The notes under the pieces are model-generated. The model saw only the letters and a list, made by a program, of their open reading frames with translations, had not been told where the DNA came from and ran no database searches. A stretch of 63,613 nt of DNA, counting the filler, from Candidatus Woesearchaeota archaeon (lineage in GTDB: Archaea > Nanobdellota > Nanobdellia > Woesearchaeales > CAZJJJ01): NCBI GenBank assembly GCA_046538795.1. It is 5 parts of 5 records of this genome, joined end to end, with 100 filler letters (N's around TTAATTAATTAA, not from the genome) between each part and the next. Parts side by side here need not be neighbours in the genome. Positions count along the whole stretch, not along the records: positions 27,462 to 40,420 come from JBKHIF010000039.1; 4 more parts are not named here. One strand, written 5' to 3'. The number at the start of each line of letters is the position of its first letter. Within the stretch, counting starts at the first letter, position 1. The translations under genes and the position numbers were made by a program. Positions 28,791 through 39,434 of this stretch are shown one piece after another.

Positions 28791-29447
28791 CTATTCTTTC
28801 AAGGAAAGTTCCTGTGAATGGACTTTTCTTACTCCGGATTTATCGACAACAAAAATGTCAAATCCGTCTCCTGATGCAGAGTCTCTGCTTATCGAAGCCT
28901 TAAAAGATTTCTTTGCAAGCTCAATTCCTTCTGAAACAACCAAATCTTTCTTGTACTGAGATTCAAGCACTCCATAGACAAATACTGAACCAGAACCATC
29001 TGCACAGAAATCATCGCGCTCAAAGATACTTCCATCAACACCAATCTCATAGAGATGAGACCCATCAGAATCATTTGCTGCCAAAAGGAAACCAACAATG
29101 CTTGGAACCATGGACATCCTTCTTATGTTCTCATAAGTCATACCTGCAAGAAGATTTGCAGCTTCTTTTGCAGTTACAGTATGTTTTGCCCTGATAGCCT
29201 TAAGCTTAAGCTCTGCCCTGAATACTTTTGACAAAAGCTGAGCATCTGAAACAAGACCTGCAATGGTTATGGCAACATTATCTGCGACAGGAAAAACCTT
29301 CTGTGTTTTTTTATTAGATATAAAATGACCTGCAGTGGCTCTTCTGTCTGCTGCAATCACAACACCATCACGGCACACGATGCCAAGGGTTGTCGTGCCT
29401 GTCTTTATCGCTTCATGATTGTTATACGTTTGTTCCTGTATCACCAT
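28791..29447 (-). CDS. psmB: Proteasome subunit beta
   Basis: KTG|TTT propeptide cleavage site, AADRRAT, GSGS, RDSASG; start moved to 29447. Confidence 0.95.
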   Translation of the reverse strand: MVIQEQTYNNHEAIKTGTTTLGIVCRDGVVIAADRRATAGHFISNKKTQKVFPVADNVAITIAGLVSDAQLLSKVFRAELKLKAIRAKHTVTAKEAANLLAGMTYENIRRMSMVPSIVGFLLAANDSDGSHLYEIGVDGSIFERDDFCADGSGSVFVYGVLESQYKKDLVVSEGIELAKKSFKASISRDSASGDGFDIFVVDKSGVRKVHSQELSLKE

Positions 29448-29559
29448 TTTTATAACACCTTCCCTAGAATCAATCTTAAATTTCAACAAGAATTATCTGT
29501 TTTCTTTAAACTTGTTGAAAAAGCAGTTAATATTTAAATGTTTCGTTGAAACGCAGGCA

Positions 29560-30477
29560 TTATTTTGCCTTTTTCTTTTTTTTGGCCTTTGCATTTGATG
29601 CTTCTTTAGTAGCTTTTTTTATCTTCTTTCCTTCTTCATAAGATCTGAATATAAATACATGTTCCCAGGTGGTTACAAGTATCTCTAAGGCAAGCATGAC
29701 AAGTGTTATGATGGTTATCAGGTGAGCACTTCTTATACTTGCCGAAAATATATCGATCTGGTCCTTAAGAAAAACCCAGCCAATAACAACTGCAAGAAAA
29801 ATGAGTATAGAAAGAAAAGTATGCCCAAGGTGAGTTTTTACATAATGAAAATCATCATCAAATACCTTGAACACAGACTCCCGCTCAAATGTCATAACAG
29901 GATATATATAGAAAATTCTCACAAACATAAGAAGACTATAGACAAACCAGACAAGTATGAAAATTCCAAGTATGAGATAGCTGAAATTTATAGAGGGAAC
30001 ATTATACTTTATGAAAAGGGTATAAAGTCCTAAAAGTATAAACAAAGGCCCATATATCAAAAGATATGACATTATATGAACTCCCCAATATCTCAGGTAG
30101 TTTTTATCTGCAAATTCCATTCCTGACTTGAAACTTGTCCTTCCATGAAGTATTACATCTTTTATCATGCCGTATTTCATGACAACAAAATATGCTCCAA
30201 GAAGAATCTCTGCTATAAACCATATTATCGTAGATGTTGCAAATCTGGGAGTCATGAACAATCGTGCCAATTCTTCTCCAAACACAATCTTATCATCAAG
30301 TATGAACGGTTTTAGTGTAAGAAGCTCCTGTAGTCCGCTTACGTTATAGAGTATCCAAAGCAAGAAGACAGATATAAGAACCATAAGAATATTTGGCAAA
30401 AATATTATCTTGTTTTTTTTCAAAGTCTCAAGAGAAGACTCCATTATCTTAGAATATTTGATATCTTTATACACCAT
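29560..30477 (-). CDS. Hypothetical polytopic membrane protein
   Basis: About 6 hydrophobic helices. Confidence 0.7.
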   Translation of the reverse strand: MVYKDIKYSKIMESSLETLKKNKIIFLPNILMVLISVFLLWILYNVSGLQELLTLKPFILDDKIVFGEELARLFMTPRFATSTIIWFIAEILLGAYFVVMKYGMIKDVILHGRTSFKSGMEFADKNYLRYWGVHIMSYLLIYGPLFILLGLYTLFIKYNVPSINFSYLILGIFILVWFVYSLLMFVRIFYIYPVMTFERESVFKVFDDDFHYVKTHLGHTFLSILIFLAVVIGWVFLKDQIDIFSASIRSAHLITIITLVMLALEILVTTWEHVFIFRSYEEGKKIKKATKEASNAKAKKKKKAK

Positions 30478-30545
30478 TATGTATTTTTAAAGAACTTTAT
30501 TTTAAATTATTTTGTTACTATTTTCCAAACACAACAAAAAATAGT

Positions 30546-31682
30546 CTAGATCAACCGGTCAAGCCCTTTTTTTGGACCAAAAGGACATGGTTCAGGACAA
30601 TTTATATCAGGAAAGGTGCACTTAGGGCCGTTTATATAACCTGAAAGAAGACTATAAAGTTCTGGATTTGAGTCTTTTGTTTTTTCTGCGTATAGTTCCA
30701 TGGTCTTTCTTGTCTGATCCATTATCTCCCACTGTGCATGTCCGCACATCCTTTCTGCTGCCTTTGACAAAAAATCTTCATAGTTTCCGAACTCATGCAC
30801 CTTTATGAGAGTTCCCTGCGGAAAATCATAAGCAACTTTTTCAAGATCAGACAGCCACTCGCCTGAAAGTTCGGTTTTATCTTTTATTATTGGGGGAACA
30901 AAAAATTCCTGTGTATTGTTATCAACAATCTCATAATTAAGAGTCCTGTGTCTGTGCGCCTGTGCAAGCCCTGCATATGAAATCTTATATGTTGTCGAGT
31001 AATTTTCACCAAACTCTTCAGGATGATCTTTTCTTGCTGAAAATATCCTTAAGCGTCTTTTTTTCATGACAGGATCTATCCTTTCTTCATAGAATGGTTG
31101 AAGAAGTGTGTTGAATTCTTTCATGAAAGATTTCACACGATTATTAAATCCATTGTCTGGTGCAGAGCTTACAAAATCATCAAACCAATGCATCAGATGA
31201 TTCAACTGCCTGAATGAAAGAGTGTGAAGCATCTTTGTCGGAGTAAATACAGAAGTCAGATAACGTGCATTTTCCTGAGCAAGCTTTTTTACTTTAACTT
31301 CATCGAGAAAATCATATGTCCTCTTAATTTCTGTCTCAAAAATATCTGACCATTTATCATATAATTCTTTCTGAAGACCATCAAGCTGCATCTTTGTGTA
31401 TCTTGCAGATTTTTCTGAAGTAACATAAGGTCTTTCATTATTAAGTATCATAGCTCCGAATTTGGGGATACTCTCAAAATAAAAGGTCAGATGAGGGTGT
31501 TCATATGGACTGTGATGACCTGCCTTAAGAGTTGTTCCTATAAGATCACGCTTGTCTTCTTCTCCCAATAAAGAATCAAAATCAAATTTTGAATAACATA
31601 CTCTTGCAGCTGCTCTTCCAAATTCAAGAGCATCCTTTTTTGCAGAAACACCGCCAGTAGATGATTTTAGTATTATGTCCAT
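30546..31682 (-). CDS. thyX: FAD-dependent thymidylate synthase (long, two-domain type)
   Basis: AARVCY, GHHSPYEH, EKSARY, AQAHRHRT, AQWEI. Confidence 0.85.
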   Translation of the reverse strand: MDIILKSSTGGVSAKKDALEFGRAAARVCYSKFDFDSLLGEEDKRDLIGTTLKAGHHSPYEHPHLTFYFESIPKFGAMILNNERPYVTSEKSARYTKMQLDGLQKELYDKWSDIFETEIKRTYDFLDEVKVKKLAQENARYLTSVFTPTKMLHTLSFRQLNHLMHWFDDFVSSAPDNGFNNRVKSFMKEFNTLLQPFYEERIDPVMKKRRLRIFSARKDHPEEFGENYSTTYKISYAGLAQAHRHRTLNYEIVDNNTQEFFVPPIIKDKTELSGEWLSDLEKVAYDFPQGTLIKVHEFGNYEDFLSKAAERMCGHAQWEIMDQTRKTMELYAEKTKDSNPELYSLLSGYINGPKCTFPDINCPEPCPFGPKKGLDRLI

Positions 31683-31752
31683 TAATAATTACCCCAAAAG
31701 ATAAAGTGAAAGAGATCATTTATATTGATTTCGCTAACACAAAATATAGAAT

Positions 31753-32892
31753 TCAGATATCTTTTTTTATTCTTGATTTTTCTTTGATCGTCTTCCCTGA
31801 AGATATCTTTACACCAGGAAAGATTATAGCACCTGATTTTATATTGACATTATCGCCAACAGCACATCCGAAGGTTTCCCTTGAGATATCCACCTTTTTT
31901 CCTTTAACAAAAGAAAATATTTTTCCGCGCTTGTTTTCAGAAATCATCTTTACGTTTTCAGAAACAACACAGTTTTCTGCGATTATTGAAGATTTTATTT
32001 CTGAATCAGATCCTATTTTTGTTCCATCCATTATTATTGAATCAGTTATTTTTGAACCTCTTCCGATAACACATCCCTTTCCTATTGAAACATTACCTGA
32101 GATAAAAACTCCATCTTCTATGATTGATTCAGTTCCAAGAACAAGCCGTCCTTTGATTTTTGCTTTTTTTGAGATTGTTCCCTTGATCTCGTCCTTTTTC
32201 TTTTGTTTCATGAACCTGTCGTGAGCAATCAAAAGATCCCATGGATAAGCTAAAGGTATCCAGTAATCCTTAACCTCTTTAAGAATAAATTTTTCTTTTT
32301 TCATGAGAGAAAAAACAGCATCAGTAAGTTCAATCTCTCCACGAGGAGATTTTTTGACATCTTTCAGATAATCGAAAATATCCTTTGTAAATTTGTAAAC
32401 ACCAATATTTGCAAGATCTGATATGAATTTTTTTGGTTTTTCCACCAAGTCTTTTGCGACCATTTTTTCCTGGACAAAAACACCGAACCTGGAAGGATCA
32501 TCTACTTTTTTTACCAATGCTCCGTTCTTTATCTTTACAAGTTTCTTTATGTCTTTTATAGAGTACAGGTCATCTCCGTACATGCAGATGAATTCATCGT
32601 CTTTTATGAAATTCTCGCACAAGGCCAATGCGTGTCCTGTTCCTTTTTGTTCATTTTGGAAAACATAAGATATCTTTAGGCCGTTAAAATCAAGGGCGAA
32701 ATGATCCATTATCTCATCTTTCATATGACCTACAATTATCACAACAGAATTTATCTCAGGCAGAGTCTTAAGATTATTCAGAGTTGACTCAAGAAGAGGA
32801 ATATTCATAAGAGGTAAAAGAGCCTTATGTCTATTTTCTGTCAACGGATATGTTCTTGTACTTTTACCTGCTGCAATTATTACTGCCTGCAT
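31753..32892 (-). CDS. Bifunctional sugar-1-phosphate nucleotidyltransferase/acetyltransferase (GlmU-like)
   Basis: IIAAGKSTRTYPLT, EQKGTGHA, VEKP, RGEIELTD, hexapeptide repeats. Confidence 0.88.
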   Translation of the reverse strand: MQAVIIAAGKSTRTYPLTENRHKALLPLMNIPLLESTLNNLKTLPEINSVVIIVGHMKDEIMDHFALDFNGLKISYVFQNEQKGTGHALALCENFIKDDEFICMYGDDLYSIKDIKKLVKIKNGALVKKVDDPSRFGVFVQEKMVAKDLVEKPKKFISDLANIGVYKFTKDIFDYLKDVKKSPRGEIELTDAVFSLMKKEKFILKEVKDYWIPLAYPWDLLIAHDRFMKQKKKDEIKGTISKKAKIKGRLVLGTESIIEDGVFISGNVSIGKGCVIGRGSKITDSIIMDGTKIGSDSEIKSSIIAENCVVSENVKMISENKRGKIFSFVKGKKVDISRETFGCAVGDNVNIKSGAIIFPGVKISSGKTIKEKSRIKKDI

Positions 32893-32935
32893 ACTGGTTC
32901 TAGAAAAAGAGAAGATATAAAAATCTATTCCAAAA

Positions 32936-32996
32936 ATAACTCAAACTGATGGCTATTCCCCGACCTGCTCAAGGAGTACCCTTCTAGGGTAAACCC
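32936..32996. repeat. Dispersed repeat R1, short copy (61-bp core only)
   Basis: 6 mismatches over 61 bp to 227..287. Confidence 0.92.
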
Positions 32997-33020
32997 AAAA
33001 TTTAGAAATAACACTATAAA

Positions 33021-35228
33021 TCAATACTCTTTGTCAAAATAAACAGAATAAACGCACTCATCACGTCCAGGATAAAGGTGGCTTGGAAGTGTAGCTTCCA
33101 TTTTCATCCCGCATTTCTCGTAGAATTTTCTTGCACGAGTATTATCTGCATGCACAAGAAGATACAATTTCCTTAAATTTTGTCCGTACTTTTTGTATGT
33201 CTTACACGCATCCTCTATCAAGGCTTCAAAAAGATGTTTTCCAATACTCTTATCCTTATGCATTATCCCTCTGAACTCAGGAAGAATTCCTATCCTGTCA
33301 AGTTCAGCCAGTTCATGCTTTGGTTCGTGATGCATCTTCCAGGAAACAAAACCTGCAATCTTTCCTTCTGACTCTGCAACAATATAATTTGACGAATCAG
33401 ATTCATCTAAAAAGATCTTTTTTCCTTCTTCTATTGAATCTATGTTGAAGCTCACATTAAGGACTGTTCCTATCTCGTTTGCATCATCTTTTTTTGCTTT
33501 CCTGAGTTTAAGATCAGAAACTTGGTTCTTTATTATGTCTGAATTGAATATCTTGATTATCTCTTTTGCAATCTTGTCTGAATCATGCCTTAGAAGCTCA
33601 CGCTTTGCATAAAGAATCCTTTTTTCCTTGATCTCCTCAATAATGTCAGCTTCGACAGGCTTTACTCCAAGAGTATCAATCTCTGAAGAATCATCTTTTA
33701 CGATAAATGAATGATCTTCTTCATATTTTTTAAGCAAGGATTTATCAGGAACTTTTGTATTTACCAAAGCATAGTCGAGCTTTCCTTCAAGATACTTAAG
33801 AACTTCTTTAACGTGGCTTGATGCAGTAAAATCATCTGTCTGGAAAGGCTGTGTTACTATATTACAGACATATATCTTCTTTGCATTCCTGTTTTGGTTT
33901 ATCGCGTCTCTTATGTCCTTATGCAGGAAATTATTAAGGACACTTACATAAAGGCTTCCAGGACCTATTATTATGCAGTCTGCATTTCTAATGGAATCCA
34001 CTGCCTTTGGATTGACTTTTGTTTCTTCTTTCAAAAATATTCTTTTTATAGGATTATCACACTTGCCTTTTACAAATCTCTCTGTAATCTTATCTTCGCT
34101 TTCATAGATAGTTCCATCTTTTCTTTCTGCACAAAGATGAGTGTCTTCAAGCGAAACAGGAACAACATCTCCTTCTATATTAAGGATCTTGCTCACTTCA
34201 TTAATGGCTTTTTCAAAGTTTCCAGTAACTTCAGAAAGACCTGCAATAAGAAGATTCCCCAGAGAATGGCCTTCTAGCAAACCATTAGTAAACCTATACT
34301 GAAAAAGGTCATTTAGGAGTTTTTCTGATCCTGACAATGCTATAAGGCAGTTTCTTATGTCTCCTGGAGGGGGTATTCCCATGTCTTTTCTTAGCATACC
34401 TGAACTTCTTCCAGAATCAGTAACACCAACAACTGCTGTCAGGTTCTTTGTATATTTCTTAAGCCCTTCAAGAACTGTTGGCATGCCTGTGCCGCCTCCG
34501 ATGCAAACTATGTTAAGATCAGAAAGGCTCTTTTCTTTTGATCTTATTGAATCAATGATAGATATTGCCTGGCTAATCTTTGTTATCCTGTAATCTGGCT
34601 CTTCAAGGTCTGATTTGGGAGTTACGTTCTTATGTCTCCCATGAAGCATCTGGATGGTTATCATGCCAAGACGGTTTCCTGCTTTTATCTCTGATGCAAC
34701 ACGATCACCTATAGAAACCACTTCTTTTGCCTTCAAAGAAAATCTATCCAAAAAATCATTGAAATAATCTGTCTTTGTCTTGCCTTCTTCAGAATCTATA
34801 AAAATGACATCAAAATAGTCCTCAAGCTTAAGGAGCTCTACCTTTTTTTTCTGCCTTGAGTATGCACCTGATGTTATAAGAGCAAGCTTAAAGTCTTTTT
34901 TAAGCGCTTTCAGAGTGGGGATTGCATCATCAAAAAGCTTTATCTCAGTATCTATAGTATCAGAATTATAAGCTGCAACAGCAGAAGTTACAATATCATC
35001 TGTCTTTCTCTCGTCAAGCTCTTTATCCCTGCACATAAAGCCAAATACATCAGCCTTTGCTCCCATCTCAGAAGAAAGCCTGTTGATCTCACCATATATC
35101 TTGTCAGATGATAAGGGAAAACCGGCCTTTTCCATAGCTTTTGCTGCTCTTTTTCTCGCAGCATCAACTAATGTTCCTGTACAGTCGAATAAAGTATCAT
35201 CCAAATCAAAGATTATTCCCTTTATCAT
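33021..35228 (-). CDS. Fusion: HAD hydrolase + YvcK/GlmR (UPF0052/CofD family) + GNAT acetyltransferase
   Basis: FDLDDTL/IGDR (HAD); GGGTG, DSGRSSG, PPGDIRNC, GPGSLY, RHDSDK (YvcK); ILPEFRG, N.RARKFYEKCG (GNAT). Confidence 0.9.
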   Translation of the reverse strand: MIKGIIFDLDDTLFDCTGTLVDAARKRAAKAMEKAGFPLSSDKIYGEINRLSSEMGAKADVFGFMCRDKELDERKTDDIVTSAVAAYNSDTIDTEIKLFDDAIPTLKALKKDFKLALITSGAYSRQKKKVELLKLEDYFDVIFIDSEEGKTKTDYFNDFLDRFSLKAKEVVSIGDRVASEIKAGNRLGMITIQMLHGRHKNVTPKSDLEEPDYRITKISQAISIIDSIRSKEKSLSDLNIVCIGGGTGMPTVLEGLKKYTKNLTAVVGVTDSGRSSGMLRKDMGIPPPGDIRNCLIALSGSEKLLNDLFQYRFTNGLLEGHSLGNLLIAGLSEVTGNFEKAINEVSKILNIEGDVVPVSLEDTHLCAERKDGTIYESEDKITERFVKGKCDNPIKRIFLKEETKVNPKAVDSIRNADCIIIGPGSLYVSVLNNFLHKDIRDAINQNRNAKKIYVCNIVTQPFQTDDFTASSHVKEVLKYLEGKLDYALVNTKVPDKSLLKKYEEDHSFIVKDDSSEIDTLGVKPVEADIIEEIKEKRILYAKRELLRHDSDKIAKEIIKIFNSDIIKNQVSDLKLRKAKKDDANEIGTVLNVSFNIDSIEEGKKIFLDESDSSNYIVAESEGKIAGFVSWKMHHEPKHELAELDRIGILPEFRGIMHKDKSIGKHLFEALIEDACKTYKKYGQNLRKLYLLVHADNTRARKFYEKCGMKMEATLPSHLYPGRDECVYSVYFDKEY

Positions 35229-35248
35229 GATCTGAAAAGAAATGTGGT

Positions 35249-35758
35249 TTATTTATAAGTTTTGTGTAGAATTCCCATAAATTTCACTATTTCAGAGAGG
35301 TGACTTCTATCAATATTGTTTGTGGTATCTATCTGAATAAACTTATGTTTTTTTTCGATGGTTTCGTTAAGACAGATTTCAAATATTTCTGAATCCAGAT
35401 TTTCTCTTACTTTTTCTTTTGAGTATTTTCTTTTTTCAAGTCTTTTTTTGAGAACCTTGAGATTGGTTCTGGCAACTATCACAAGATCCACAATGTTTTT
35501 CGGGAGAATATGGGACATATGCGAATCGATAACAATATCTCTTATATCATTTTCCTTGATAAACCGCTTTATATCTTTAGTAAGCTTATTCACATCTATT
35601 ATCTTTGAATCTCGATTGTAATCAAACCCGGATATTGCTGATTTATTCTCATCCAGAAATTTATTAACATCAAAAAGCTTATATCCTAATCGTTTTGCAA
35701 GCTTTTTTGCAAGCGTCGTCTTTCCTGTTCCCGGAGTTCCTGTGACTGCGATTATCAT
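35249..35758 (-). CDS. Atypical adenylate kinase (AK6/Fap7 family)
   Basis: TGTPGTGKTT, IDSH, RL.KR.Y...KVREN. Confidence 0.9.
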   Translation of the reverse strand: MIIAVTGTPGTGKTTLAKKLAKRLGYKLFDVNKFLDENKSAISGFDYNRDSKIIDVNKLTKDIKRFIKENDIRDIVIDSHMSHILPKNIVDLVIVARTNLKVLKKRLEKRKYSKEKVRENLDSEIFEICLNETIEKKHKFIQIDTTNNIDRSHLSEIVKFMGILHKTYK

Positions 35759-35934
35759 ATAGTGATTAAATCATAAATAGTATAAAATATTAATGAAAAA
35801 TCGCTTTGTATGAAAAGTACAAAATAAAGAGCTCTTTCCTGAAAACCTAAAAGAATATTAAACACATATTGCATCAGAAGAACTCAAGTTCACATATTTT
35901 CCTGAAGGCATAGAAGAAATAATAAAGAAAGGCT

Positions 35935-38307
35935 CTAGATATATTTCTTAAGTATCTTAAGCATCTGCTTTCTATCCTGAACCTTTTCGATCTTATCTGC
36001 AATCTCATCTACCTTAAGAACATTCTTTATCCAAAGGTAGAAATCATTCTTGTCTTTTCCGACATGATAGTTGAAAGTATCATCATCCATGGAATCAAGC
36101 ATATCAACAAGATCTTTGTAGCTTTTCACTATATTTCCTGAGCTAAGAACAAAATACTGGTGGGGCTCAAGTTTTGCCAACAGAGGATTTGTTTCTCCTT
36201 TCTTTCCTGTGATCCTGCTTATTATATCTTTTACTTTTTTTCCGTTTTTGTCTGCGTCATCATTTTTTTCAGACTTTGACTTTTTGGATTTTTTAGATTT
36301 TGATTTGCCTTTATCCTCTTCGTTGAATTCTTCTTGCTCAAATTCTTTAATCTGATCCTTAAGAAGCTTGGGCTCTTCAAAGACATGGGTTGTCTTCTTG
36401 AAAAGATTCCTGAAAAATCCTGTATTTTCGTCAGGAGACTCCATATTATCAGGATCATCTGTCTGATCATCTATTGGCTTTACCTTTTCGCTCTTATCTT
36501 TTCCATCTTCGCCTGAGTCAGCTAAAGCTCCTTTGTTCTTTATCTCTTCAAGCTTTTCTTTATCTATAGTTGAATACTTCTTGTGCTTGAAAAAATGCAC
36601 TCCTGTAAGGAAGACCATCTTTCCTAATTTCTGCACAAGGACAAGTATTAGGAAAAGAACAACGATCATCAATACGAGAGTAAAGATATCATCCATGAGA
36701 TAGACTATTTCTGTATTGAAAAGAAGAACCTGCCTCAACAGATATTCTGAAATATTGAAAGGATTGTAATTGGCAAGCTTAAGAAGATAATCAGGCATCT
36801 TCTCTATAGGGAATATAACATTTGACATAAGAAGGAAAAGGCTTCCCACTGATATTCCGCCAAGGCTTACCATTTCCTGCGTAGTAAACAAATGTCCTAT
36901 TATCATACCTATTATAGTATATATTGCAATCGAAAGCACGACAACTATAGAGATTGCGACAATATTATTCATGATAGAAGCTCCGAAAACGCCCATTGAT
37001 GCAGAAAGCACAAGGAACATCTGAAGACCAACTACAATAAGGTTTGTGAAAAAGATTCCATAAAGAAAAGTCACATCGACAGTTGGAGTTACAAAATTCC
37101 TGAAATAAGCGCTTGATGTCTTTTCCATAATAACCATGGTTCCTGCAAGCATCATGCTGATAAACATTATTACAAGGACAACCAATGAAGGTAGCATATA
37201 ATGAAGAGGTGCTTTTTCTGCAACAACAGGTTTCACAACAACTTTTATCGGAGCGACAATTCCTTGTGCATTCTTTACTTCTACATTATCAACGTTTCCG
37301 CCCATTGTATTGATCTGATCCTGAAGCGATGCAAGTTCTGTCCCGAATGAAACAAGATCATTTTTCACCTTAGAAAGATCATCTCTTATGCCATATTTGG
37401 TCGCATCTGCACTGTTGAAGCGCGTATTCATGTCATTAACTGAAGAGGAAAGATTTGCAAGCTTTGCAAGAACATCATTTATCTTGTCGTTAGCTGTGCT
37501 GTAGCTGGTATTTATGTTTGACTTAAGGTCAGAAAGGTCATCTTCTGCGCTGTCAAGAAGAGACTCTATATCTGCAGAATGATCAAGAGCCCTTATATCA
37601 TCAATAAGGTCTTCCCCCAGGTCAACTGCGCTGTCTGCTCTTGTATTCAATGTACGAATATTTGTCCGTGCATCTTCAGCAGAATCATCAAGGTTACCAA
37701 TTTGAAGAGAATCCTTGTCAAAATTAAGATCAAGATCATTAACATCTGTCTGGATGCTGTCGATTTCGCCTTTTACTCTTGAGCTTTCATCTATAAGATC
37801 AGTTACAACACGAGTCTGCTCTTTTGCGCTTTCTTTAACATCATCTATTTTTTGCAATATCCCGGCAGTAAGATCTTCTGAAAGTTCCTGCATTCTTGAC
37901 TGAACCTGTTTTGTCACAGCCTCTTTGACCATAGAAACAATATTTACATTAGTCTCATCAACATAAAACTCTATAGTGCTTGATTTATTTCCACCAATGT
38001 CAAAATCGTCAGGAAAGAAGATGCATGTGTGTATAGTTCCTTTCTTGATCTCATTAATACAGATATCTTCCAAAGGATATTTCACCACCTTAAAACTTTG
38101 GTTTTCAAGTTTTGAAATAAACGAATCAGTAAGATCATTATATTCAGTCGAATAAACACCTACGTTGATATTATATGAAGAAATATTTCCAAAAGCAAGC
38201 CCCACAAGAAATATTATGACAAGAGGTCCTATAAGCGTTGTAATTATCGAACCCTTTGACCTCATCAGGAGTTTCAGGTTTTTCTGTATTATTTTTGCTA
38301 TCTTCAT
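35935..38307 (-). CDS. ABC-2 type permease with long extracytoplasmic coiled coil and DUF5752-like C-terminal domain
   Basis: TM, heptad region, 5 further TMs, charged linker, then F..HV...KNDF..WI..VL. Confidence 0.8.
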   Translation of the reverse strand: MKIAKIIQKNLKLLMRSKGSIITTLIGPLVIIFLVGLAFGNISSYNINVGVYSTEYNDLTDSFISKLENQSFKVVKYPLEDICINEIKKGTIHTCIFFPDDFDIGGNKSSTIEFYVDETNVNIVSMVKEAVTKQVQSRMQELSEDLTAGILQKIDDVKESAKEQTRVVTDLIDESSRVKGEIDSIQTDVNDLDLNFDKDSLQIGNLDDSAEDARTNIRTLNTRADSAVDLGEDLIDDIRALDHSADIESLLDSAEDDLSDLKSNINTSYSTANDKINDVLAKLANLSSSVNDMNTRFNSADATKYGIRDDLSKVKNDLVSFGTELASLQDQINTMGGNVDNVEVKNAQGIVAPIKVVVKPVVAEKAPLHYMLPSLVVLVIMFISMMLAGTMVIMEKTSSAYFRNFVTPTVDVTFLYGIFFTNLIVVGLQMFLVLSASMGVFGASIMNNIVAISIVVVLSIAIYTIIGMIIGHLFTTQEMVSLGGISVGSLFLLMSNVIFPIEKMPDYLLKLANYNPFNISEYLLRQVLLFNTEIVYLMDDIFTLVLMIVVLFLILVLVQKLGKMVFLTGVHFFKHKKYSTIDKEKLEEIKNKGALADSGEDGKDKSEKVKPIDDQTDDPDNMESPDENTGFFRNLFKKTTHVFEEPKLLKDQIKEFEQEEFNEEDKGKSKSKKSKKSKSEKNDDADKNGKKVKDIISRITGKKGETNPLLAKLEPHQYFVLSSGNIVKSYKDLVDMLDSMDDDTFNYHVGKDKNDFYLWIKNVLKVDEIADKIEKVQDRKQMLKILKKYI

Positions 38308-38320
38308 TTTATGATCTCAT

Positions 38321-39298
38321 CTATCGTTTCTTGTAATACTCTTCAAATACTTCTCCTAAACTTGGCTTCATAACATTAACTTCTACAAGGGTCTCTTTTG
38401 AATGTTCTATAACATGAAGTATCCTGTGAAGAACCTCTTCTGCGCGTTCTGTATATATTATTATACGCTGTCCTTCATTAATGATCTTGTCAATTTTAAG
38501 GCTCCTGCTCTTCAGATGCTTGATCAGGTAAGGATAATTGCCGGGATAAGTCTGCAAGTGAATCTCTTCATTTCTTGTGATATCTCCTTTAAGCTCATCA
38601 GCAGTTCCTGCATGGATAATCTCTCCGCGCCTTATTACTGCAATCCTGTCACAGAAGGATTCAACCTCTCCCAGAAAGTGAGATGCCATGATTATCGTCG
38701 TGCCTTTTTCGTTGATCTTTTTTATTATTGTCCACATCTGTTTTCGCAATACCGGGTCAAGATCAGCAGTTGGCTCGTCAAGGATAAGAATCTTTGGATC
38801 ATGGATAAGCGCGCAGGCTATGTCTAGTCTTTTCTGCATACCTCCTGAAAGGTTCTTTGCCTTGACCTCACGTGAACCATATATACCTATAAGGTTAAGA
38901 AGTATCTTTGTGTTTGTTCTCCTTATGTCTTTTGAAAGGCCATATAATGCGCCGAAATAATCAAGGTTTTCCTCTACAGTAAGTTCTGAATAAAAGCTGG
39001 GATTCTGAGATGCAAAGCCAAAAATCTTTTTTGCTTCATCCTGGCATCTGTATACGCTTCTGAACTGGTCTGTTGCGCTTTCATACTCAAGAAGATGTTC
39101 AAGCTTAAATTCAACATCACCAGTCTCAGGCCTTATAAATCCGATTATGCTATTCAGAAGAGTTGTCTTACCATGTCCACTCATGCCTATTACGCCAAGT
39201 ATCTCTCCTGAATTGATTTCCAGATTGATTCCCCTAAGAACAAGCTTATCGATATATCTCTTCGAAAGGTTAGTTACACGAACTACAGTATTATCCAT
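38321..39298 (-). CDS. ABC transporter ATP-binding protein
   Basis: GMSGHGKT, LSGGMQ, ILDEPT, SH. Confidence 0.95.
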   Translation of the reverse strand: MDNTVVRVTNLSKRYIDKLVLRGINLEINSGEILGVIGMSGHGKTTLLNSIIGFIRPETGDVEFKLEHLLEYESATDQFRSVYRCQDEAKKIFGFASQNPSFYSELTVEENLDYFGALYGLSKDIRRTNTKILLNLIGIYGSREVKAKNLSGGMQKRLDIACALIHDPKILILDEPTADLDPVLRKQMWTIIKKINEKGTTIIMASHFLGEVESFCDRIAVIRRGEIIHAGTADELKGDITRNEEIHLQTYPGNYPYLIKHLKSRSLKIDKIINEGQRIIIYTERAEEVLHRILHVIEHSKETLVEVNVMKPSLGEVFEEYYKKR

Positions 39299-39434
39299 AT
39301 GGTTTTCTTAAAAGCACATTTGTTTTTTAACTTTATTGACTACTTTAAAGTAGTTTTAAGATTCAGGAAAGTTATTCATGGCAACATTTATATAATCATC
39401 AGAACTACAGTTATAACCTGCAAAGGGGAAAAAC

